Positions 61,301-64,000 of a stretch of 64,000 bases of DNA are shown here, one piece after another. The notes beneath the pieces are model-generated. The model made no database searches. It was not told where the DNA came from and saw only the letters and a program-made list of their open reading frames with translations. Numbering within the stretch: position 1 is the first letter of the stretch; each line of letters starts with the position of its first letter. Made by a program: the position numbers and the translations under genes. Source of the DNA: an uncultured Gammaproteobacteria bacterium (lineage in GTDB: Bacteria > Patescibacteriota > Microgenomatia > Levybacterales > UBA12049); contig CAYQEE010000001.1 in NCBI GenBank assembly GCA_964416445.1, positions 67,676 to 131,675 of the forward strand, written 5' to 3'.

Positions 61301-61379
61301 TATGAGTAGTGAACACGCAGTAAGACAATACATCTTTATATTTAATAAACAAGGAAATATAGGAGAAGTACAACAATGA
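58293..61379 (+). CDS. Fusion protein: N-terminal O-antigen ligase/polymerase-like (Wzy_C) polytopic domain plus C-terminal GT-C-like (PMT/ArnT-type) polytopic domain
   Basis: 1028 aa. N-terminal half: multiple TM helices plus a large loop with WPNAWNAFLRNPFLGSGYSS (O-antigen ligase-family loop motif). An internal Met at 59904 begins the second half, with FVADDFTWLRWA (acidic DD motif after TM1, as in GT-C enzymes) and about 12 more TM helices. Confidence 0.5.
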   Translation: MNKLLQFFNSSVLKIGVALSLLFIPLYPKLPSISVTHTWVYIRAEDFLIAIVTFIWIVLLLRKKVKLPFPLATPIILYWIVGLISLLFSVIFIGPHLANFFPKIAALEYLRRIEYMILFFIAISTVKSEKDILFYLKVIFATVTGVVLYGFGQRWYVLLWHQFPKFFEKYPFCFPSFQTGNEEFAKGLALCLPPDARITSTFGGHYDLAAYLVIIIPLLFAAVFIFKNIFAKIFILILSIASLMLLILTSSRTSFVAYLVGICFMLFFAKQKKYILPVLIFSIILLLSFSSSTAQRFLETIRFTSVVTNSQGQVVGVTTSSLPTDLQKKISKNPTVVAAPPPSQNLPTGSSFITLPGKQITTHVAVVQSNAPQSVVKNLKYAYGGQEISTISGTFLVKKALVYDISITTRFQAEWPNAWNAFLRNPFLGSGYSSISLATDGDYFRMLGETGAFGMVTFALIFMFFGTLVYAVGPDAPKTARYFAYGLAGGIIGLFINASLIDVFESSKVAESLWLLSGIGMGGMLLYQREKINYKFYMKKIFTSNILIGIYLFILTGIVFFQTISNFFVADDFTWLRWAGESNIQDLKGYLLNASGFFYRPLDKFIIFALFSVSAFQPQSYHIFILILHFITTVGVYLLLKKIFGDKLWAFLGSVMFLLLPIHGENIYWLSTISTTLSSLFIVYATLAWLMFREKSLTAYIFSLLLSILAFLSYEMAIVIPGILLISDFFLVKHKKTWRMFLAYIPILFIIGGYWFVRHISRAVSFGGDYAYSGVHFIPNFLGNFFGYLGIVIFGEYFFPTYTALRSNLRMYSLPFIIFFAVIVLLILGLVIGKKKFVHRWMRAKAFRMWLYGICFAIVGLLPFIGLGNITERYVYFASLGFIISFVSIVQSIAQIFLQREKKMIYIFVGIVLLIIIWFGYDVRRESQQWQQAGEITMSTLGILRNNYADIQPSAHLYFVNVPIRYQNAWVFPTGLTDALWFIYRDSSPKIYSVKDVSTAHSLMSSEHAVRQYIFIFNKQGNIGEVQQ

Positions 61380-62827
61380 TCGTACTGAGAAAGAAGGAGA
61401 TTATTGTACTTGCTTTAGTTATTGTTTTAGGTTTTATCGTTCGGTTATATCGTTTTTCAAATCCAATTGCCGATTGGCATTCTTGGAGGCAATCAGATAC
61501 CTCCGCAGTATCACGTAATTTTGTACAACATGGATTTGATGTACTTCATCCGCAATATGATGATATTTCTAATGTACAAACAGGTTTTGACAATCCAAAA
61601 GGATACCGATTTGTAGAATTTCCCTTATATAATATTGCACAAGCGGGACTTTTTACCCTCTTCGACCATTTCAATATTGAAGAATGGGGAAGATTCGTAA
61701 CGATTATTTGTTCTCTCTTTTCAAGCGTTTTTATTTTTCTTCTTACAAAACGACATGCGAATACAAGAGCAGCTTTATTTGCAGCAGGTATGTATACTTT
61801 CCTGCCTTATACTATATATTATGGAAGAACTATTTTGCCTGATCCTGCGATGGTTATGGCTATATTAGGTGGTACCTATTTTTTTGATCGTTGGGCCGAA
61901 GCATTTTCCCTGAAACATCGTTATACTTTTTTTTGGTATATTCTCGCAATTCTTTTTATTGCTGCATCAATACTGTTAAAGCCTTATGCATTATTTTTCA
62001 CGTTACCAATTCTTTGGATTGTTTGGAAAAAGTGGGGTCTCAAATTATTTTTACAACCATTTCTATGGGTATTACTTATCGTATCTATTGCGCCACTTGT
62101 ATTCTGGAGAATATGGATGCTTCAATATCCTGAAGGAATTCCCGTTAACGCGTGGCTTTTTAATGGTGGAAACATTCGGTTTACCGGAGCTTATTTTTAC
62201 TGGATATTTGCTGAAAGGATAAGTAAGTTGATACTTGGATATTGGGGTATTTCGCTCCTTGTTCTCGGCCTACTCGCAAGTAATATCAAGAATAAAGGAT
62301 TTTTCTATGCAAGTCTGCTTGGATCTCTCTTGTATGTTGTTATCATTGCACGAGGAAATGTTCAACATGATTATTATCAAATTCTGATCATTCCTAGTTT
62401 AGCTTTTTTCTTTGGGTTAGGTGCTGATTTCCTGCTGTCTCGACAGATCGCGGTATCGATGGTAACGAAAGTAGTCATGCTGAGTCTGTGTATTATTTTT
62501 ACGTTAGCATTTGGATGGTACCAAATTCGTGATTATTTTAATATCAATAATTATGCCATTGTTACTGCAGGACAAGCTGCCAAAGCATTAACTCCTCAAA
62601 ACGCAAAAATTATTGCACCATATAATGGTGATACATCTCTTTTATATCAAACTGATAGAAAAGGCTGGCCAAGTTTTGAAAAGTCATTACCAGAACTAAT
62701 AAAAATGGGTGCTGATTATCTTCTGTTAGTAAATCCTCAGCAAAATGATAGGAATTTAAGTAAAACATATAAATTAGTATCAGGGACAAATGACTATTTG
62801 TTATTTGATCTCCATAAAAAGCCATGA
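61376..62827 (+). CDS. GT-C-family integral membrane glycosyltransferase (PMT/ArnT-like)
   Basis: 483 aa. About 11 TM helices. First extracytoplasmic loop HSWRQSDTSAVSRNF. Typical size and topology for polyprenol-phosphate-sugar dependent GT-C enzymes. Confidence 0.45.
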   Translation: MIVLRKKEIIVLALVIVLGFIVRLYRFSNPIADWHSWRQSDTSAVSRNFVQHGFDVLHPQYDDISNVQTGFDNPKGYRFVEFPLYNIAQAGLFTLFDHFNIEEWGRFVTIICSLFSSVFIFLLTKRHANTRAALFAAGMYTFLPYTIYYGRTILPDPAMVMAILGGTYFFDRWAEAFSLKHRYTFFWYILAILFIAASILLKPYALFFTLPILWIVWKKWGLKLFLQPFLWVLLIVSIAPLVFWRIWMLQYPEGIPVNAWLFNGGNIRFTGAYFYWIFAERISKLILGYWGISLLVLGLLASNIKNKGFFYASLLGSLLYVVIIARGNVQHDYYQILIIPSLAFFFGLGADFLLSRQIAVSMVTKVVMLSLCIIFTLAFGWYQIRDYFNINNYAIVTAGQAAKALTPQNAKIIAPYNGDTSLLYQTDRKGWPSFEKSLPELIKMGADYLLLVNPQQNDRNLSKTYKLVSGTNDYLLFDLHKKP

Positions 62828-64000
62828 GAATTCTGGTTGTTTCATCATATTTACCTTTCCCACTCTATTCGGGGGGACATATTCGACTCTATAATTTACT
62901 GAAGGAACTTTCGGCTTCTCATAAAATAACATTAATTTGCGAAAAGAGAGATTATCAAACAGAGCGAGATAGAAGTGAACTTACGAAATTTTGTGAACAG
63001 GTGATAACCGTACCCAGAAGAAAACAATGGACGGTAAGTAATATTGTAAAAACGATATTTTCCAGGTATCCTTTTTTATTAGTAGGACATACCAGTAAAG
63101 AGTTTAAACAGGAAATTGTTAAAGCGTTAAATAATAAGCGTTTTGATGTAATACATGTGGAAACATTTTACGTATATCAGAATATTCCCAAAACATATCT
63201 ACCAGTTGTGCTTGCAGAACATAATATTGAGTATCTTGTTTATCAGCGATATACAAATATTTCTCCAATATATCTTCGACCCTTTCTCGCGCTTGATGTA
63301 ATGAAGATAAAGCATTGGGAAATGAAGAGTTGGCAGTCAGTCTCAAAACTCATTGCTGTTTCTGATAGAGAAAAAGAAATAATGCATAGGGAAAATGTTA
63401 CCGTTGTGCCAAATGGAGTTGATACGAAACTATATAAACTAAAAAGTACTCTTGCTAAGCAAAGACGAAAGGAGAAACGGATTCTCTTTATAGGGGATTT
63501 TAAATGGATTCAAAATATTCAAGCAGTCGAGCAGATTATTAAAAATATCTGGCCGCTTGTGACAGAAAAATTGTCCCTTGAAAATGAGGAGCATTCGATA
63601 AAATTATGGATTGTTGGAAAGAGAATACCACAGCATTTAAAAGCATTACAAGGCAAAAATATTTTTTTTGATGAAAATGCTCCTGATGAAACATGGAAAA
63701 TATATCACCTTGCTGATATGCTTTTAGCACCTATCACGGTAGGTGGGGGCACCAGTTATAAAATACTTGAATCTATGGCAACCGGTTTACCAGTAATAAC
63801 GACTCCTTTAGGAGTAGAAGGAATTGGGGCAAAGAAAAATCAGGAAGTATTGATTGGTGAAACGTCTCAAGAGATAGCGGATCAAGTGGTCAGGCTGATA
63901 CAAGATAAAATGTTGTATGAAACTATTAGCCAGAATGCACGAAAGCTTATTGAGGAAAAATATGATTGGAAAGTGATTTCAAAAAAATTAGAATATGTCT
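62824..64000 (+). CDS. Glycosyltransferase family 4, 3'-truncated by the window end
   Basis: ORF starting at ATG 62824 (ATGA overlap with the upstream stop) and open to nt 64000. MRILVVSSYLPFPLYSGGHIRLYNLLKEL N-terminus. GT-B C-domain LAPITVGGGTSYKILESMATGLPVITT. Confidence 0.7.
   Translation, partial: MRILVVSSYLPFPLYSGGHIRLYNLLKELSASHKITLICEKRDYQTERDRSELTKFCEQVITVPRRKQWTVSNIVKTIFSRYPFLLVGHTSKEFKQEIVKALNNKRFDVIHVETFYVYQNIPKTYLPVVLAEHNIEYLVYQRYTNISPIYLRPFLALDVMKIKHWEMKSWQSVSKLIAVSDREKEIMHRENVTVVPNGVDTKLYKLKSTLAKQRRKEKRILFIGDFKWIQNIQAVEQIIKNIWPLVTEKLSLENEEHSIKLWIVGKRIPQHLKALQGKNIFFDENAPDETWKIYHLADMLLAPITVGGGTSYKILESMATGLPVITTPLGVEGIGAKKNQEVLIGETSQEIADQVVRLIQDKMLYETISQNARKLIEEKYDWKVISKKLEYV

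Noticed and set aside
1-64000. CRISPR arrays, IS elements, integrases, prophage genes, rRNA or tRNA
   Set aside because: No direct-repeat/spacer periodicity, no transposase (DDE) or tyrosine-recombinase motifs, and no structured RNA signatures were seen anywhere in the window.

Overview
The window is low-GC, tightly packed DNA that looks bacterial. Evidence for this: sigma70-type extended -10 boxes (TGGTATAGT), weak or absent Shine-Dalgarno sequences, and many ATGA start/stop overlaps. No rRNA, tRNA, CRISPR array, transposase or integrase was found. There are two very different neighbourhoods.

(1) Positions 2.4-10.2 kb hold a compact coenzyme F420 island with visibly higher GC. It carries CofC, CofD and CofE (the three late F420 biosynthesis steps). 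It also carries three luciferase-like (LLM-class) F420-dependent oxidoreductases, two of which belong to the F420-dependent glucose-6-phosphate dehydrogenase family. An unrecognisable 785-aa soluble ORF sits on the opposite strand in the middle. Next to the island are a GH18 fragment, two unknown membrane or secreted proteins, and an orphan PAS-PAS-PAS histidine kinase.

(2) From 12.7 kb to the window end (more than 51 kb) there is one very large, very AT-rich surface-glycan biosynthesis locus. It contains about 15 GT2/GT4 glycosyltransferases, six SDR-family epimerase/dehydratases (including GalE), and two UDP-GlcNAc 2-epimerase-family proteins. It has a complete GDP-D-glycero-alpha-D-manno-heptose pathway (GmhA, HddA, and an HddC-GmhB fusion). 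It has an FdtA/FdtB-like 3-amino-3,6-dideoxyhexose module plus acetyltransferases, and a frameshifted UDP-galactopyranose mutase gene. It also encodes three hexapeptide acetyltransferases, a GNAT, a methyltransferase, a Wzx-like flippase, an EamA transporter, a GtrB-like polyprenol-phosphate glycosyltransferase, and a sialate-O-acetylesterase-like protein.

The most unusual content is a three-member paralogous family of giant polytopic membrane proteins (1201, 671 and 831 aa). Each has a polytopic N-terminal domain carrying a shared GGD..Y.Y motif, a large extracytoplasmic domain and a C-terminal membrane anchor. Two of them are paired with small paralogous 3-TM partner proteins. There is also a 1028-aa protein that fuses an O-antigen-ligase/Wzy-like domain to a GT-C-like domain, followed by a further GT-C-like protein. 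All functional calls rest on motif-level recognition by eye. No database search was run.
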